From a virus: a stretch of 64,000 nt of DNA. Where the stretch lies: IMG/VR virus record IMGVR_UViG_3300044846_003365, positions 1-64,000 of that record. The stretch is one strand, 5' to 3'. This document shows positions 62,405-64,000 of the stretch, piece after piece (position 1 is the first letter of the stretch; each line of letters begins with the position of its first letter). The notes beneath the pieces are model-generated. The model did no database searches. It saw only the letters and a program-made list of their open reading frames with translations, and was not told where the DNA came from. Both the position numbers and the translations under genes were made by a program.

Positions 62405-63302
62405 CTTTGTCAACTTTCTTTTCAGGTGTGTCTTCGACAACCTCTGCATCAACAGTATCCTCTTCAGCAACGGGGGCAGATTCCAACACACTAGTGGCGA
62501 GCCGTTGCAAACGTTCTTGAATAACCGATGCTGCAGGTCTAATGTCAATCGTTACGTCAGAGTTAATGTCAAACCCTGCTCTAACTCCAGCACGGTCAAG
62601 TATCTCGGTAGCTGCTTTGAGCTTTACAGGTTCGCTCTCAGCTGAATCCATCAACTGCTCCAGTATGTCAACTGCTGCAGGTGTGGCTTGTGTCAATCTA
62701 TCCCGTGCCCGTTCAACGCTATCCGTTGTCTTATTACGTAAAGAACCTAAATGGACCCTACACAAGCCGTCATCTTGTGGACGTCCTCCAGTCCAGAGCT
62801 GACATCGGATGCCGTCATCCTTGATGGCTTTACATCTGTGAGGGAGGGGGGAGGCCTTACGTCCCAGCTTTAGGCCCTCGTTCTGTTCCTTAGCCCAAAC
62901 CTTAGTCGAGCCCAATACCCACGGAGGAACAATGTTGTCCGCTTCTGCTTCGGCTAGTAAATCGAAGCCCGTTAAGTAATCTGAGTTCTTATTACGGGCG
63001 TCCGCAAGAATGGGGGCTTTCTCTTCTAGAGAGAGCAGACGTTGTTTACTCTGCATCTCTTGGGAGAGGGCTTGGATGAGTCCAGTTGGGACGCCGTTAA
63101 CTGCGTAAACAGGAATCCAATTCAGTCGCGCTCGCCGAAGGGCGGAACGGTTTTCAAAGGTGTCGACGCAAATACCTTTATCGGTTTCTTCGATACCGTA
63201 AACGCTTAGGTCTGGACGTAGGTTGGTAGGGGTGTCAACTTGAATCTCAGGGTCAACATCCTTAGCTCCGAAAGCGGAGGAAAGGTCTAGACTGTCTGAC
63301 AT
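62391..63302 (-). CDS. Terminase small subunit candidate (CCCH Zn finger plus helical domain)
   Basis: CKAIKDDGIRC...LCRVHLG and VKLKAATEILDRAG, motifs common in TerS-like proteins. Confidence 0.5.
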   Translation of the reverse strand: MSDSLDLSSAFGAKDVDPEIQVDTPTNLRPDLSVYGIEETDKGICVDTFENRSALRRARLNWIPVYAVNGVPTGLIQALSQEMQSKQRLLSLEEKAPILADARNKNSDYLTGFDLLAEAEADNIVPPWVLGSTKVWAKEQNEGLKLGRKASPLPHRCKAIKDDGIRCQLWTGGRPQDDGLCRVHLGSLRNKTTDSVERARDRLTQATPAAVDILEQLMDSAESEPVKLKAATEILDRAGVRAGFDINSDVTIDIRPAASVIQERLQRLATSVLESAPVAEEDTVDAEVVEDTPEKKVDKVESE

Positions 63303-63337
63303 CTATTTTGTCTTTCTATAGTAGTTATAAAGTTAGG

Positions 63338-63443
63338 GAGACGGGCCGACATCGGGGAGAGACCAGCCGACCCGTCTCGTTTACGCGAAGTGTGGGTGTG
63401 GTACAAAACGTCCTGACTCTCCCTGACGCCGACGCCACTTCGC
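63338..63443 (-). ncRNA. Candidate kissing-loop structured RNA between holin and TerS candidate
   Basis: Two hairpins whose loops (GGGAGAGUCAG and CUGGUCUCUCCC) are complementary. Confidence 0.4.
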
Positions 63444-63457
63444 TGTCTAGGTCGCTC

Positions 63458-63670
63458 TTACTTCTCGGTTGAGACAGTGACAGTCTTAGGCGTCGAGATT
63501 GACGTAAGGACTGAGATACCTGCTGCGGCTAGTGAGGCAAGGACGGACTGTGCAATGTCGACGTTAAGTACGCCAACTGCATCCGTTCCTACCAACGCAA
63601 GTAGGGTCTGAGCGAAAGTCTTAATTGCACGCTCGATAGCGCCAATCCAGAATTCTTTGGTAAGTAACAT
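63458..63670 (-). CDS. Holin (r1t-like)
   Basis: FW...ERAIKTFAQ...SVLTSI signature, AAGGAG RBS. Confidence 0.88.
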   Translation of the reverse strand: MLLTKEFWIGAIERAIKTFAQTLLALVGTDAVGVLNVDIAQSVLASLAAAGISVLTSISTPKTVTVSTEK

Positions 63671-63784
63671 TGTTAACTCCTTAAGTTATGGAAGGTTACG
63701 TTAACAGTATGCCGGAGAAAAAATGGCGCGTGGAGAGAGACAGGGACACTTTGGCCATTTAGAAACGGAAAAAGAGCCCAGTAT

Positions 63785-64000
63785 TTATAAGGGTTTTAGG
63801 TCTTGCTTAATCTTTCTTAAAACTGATTCTGAATAGGTATTAATTCCGCCCCTAAACAAGGCTGGCATCTTCCCCTTTTGGTTGTTGCTTCGCTTCCACT
63901 TCTTCATAAAAGCTTTAACTTTGAGAGCATGGGCAACCTCAACTTGGCCGTCTTCTGTCATCTCTAAAAACTTAATCCGTCGCCACGAATACAGGGTGTG
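63785..64000 (-). CDS. Partial hypothetical protein (3' end only)
   Basis: Open frame of 71 codons from the window edge to TAA at 63785. Confidence 0.5.
   Translation of the reverse strand, partial: HTLYSWRRIKFLEMTEDGQVEVAHALKVKAFMKKWKRSNNQKGKMPALFRGGINTYSESVLRKIKQDLKPL

Noticed and set aside
1-64000. tRNA genes, integrase, introns/inteins, stop-codon recoding
   Set aside because: No cloverleaf, recombinase or Hint motifs were recognised by eye, and long genes are intact under the standard code. A tRNAscan or Infernal run would be needed to exclude RNA genes fully.

Overview
This window is part of a large tailed (siphovirus-like) phage genome, almost all coded on the minus strand. The host is most likely a freshwater actinobacterium. 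That is inferred from the Rosebush/cluster-B-like hexamer + pentamer capsid module, r1t-type holin, ClgR-like HTH, GAAAGGA ribosome-binding sites and PafBC-type promoters. Layout: 1-1.9 kb holds the 5' part of a family A DNA polymerase and two small genes. 1.9-36.8 kb is the virion module: tail fibre with chaperone, hub-like minor tail protein, Dit, tape measure, tail chaperones, neck/adaptor, major tail, two capsid proteins, a 1560-aa protease-containing head protein, a 2772-aa multidomain protein with kinase-like and GNAT-like domains, Dps and portal. 37.7-38.5 kb is a gene-free, A-tract-phased repeat region. 38.5-43.5 kb holds a phosphatase, TerL, HTH paralogues and an HDAC-family deacetylase. 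43.5-61.5 kb is a dense array of small, individually promoted genes plus a MoxR-AAA/vWA pair. 60.5-63.7 kb holds lysis genes and a TerS candidate. The most unusual signal is a non-coding regulatory layer read by eye from the sequence: (i) nine promoters matching the actinobacterial PafBC/RecA-NDp motif TGTCR(G/T)-N10-TAnnnT; (ii) eleven copies of a bipartite 22-bp motif AAGGGT-N11-CACGC; (iii) 3'-end hairpins whose loops are antisense to the translation start of their own transcript, plus a three-hairpin anti-RBS RNA; (iv) several further candidate structured RNAs. All protein calls rest on motif recognition and synteny; no database searches or folding programs were run.
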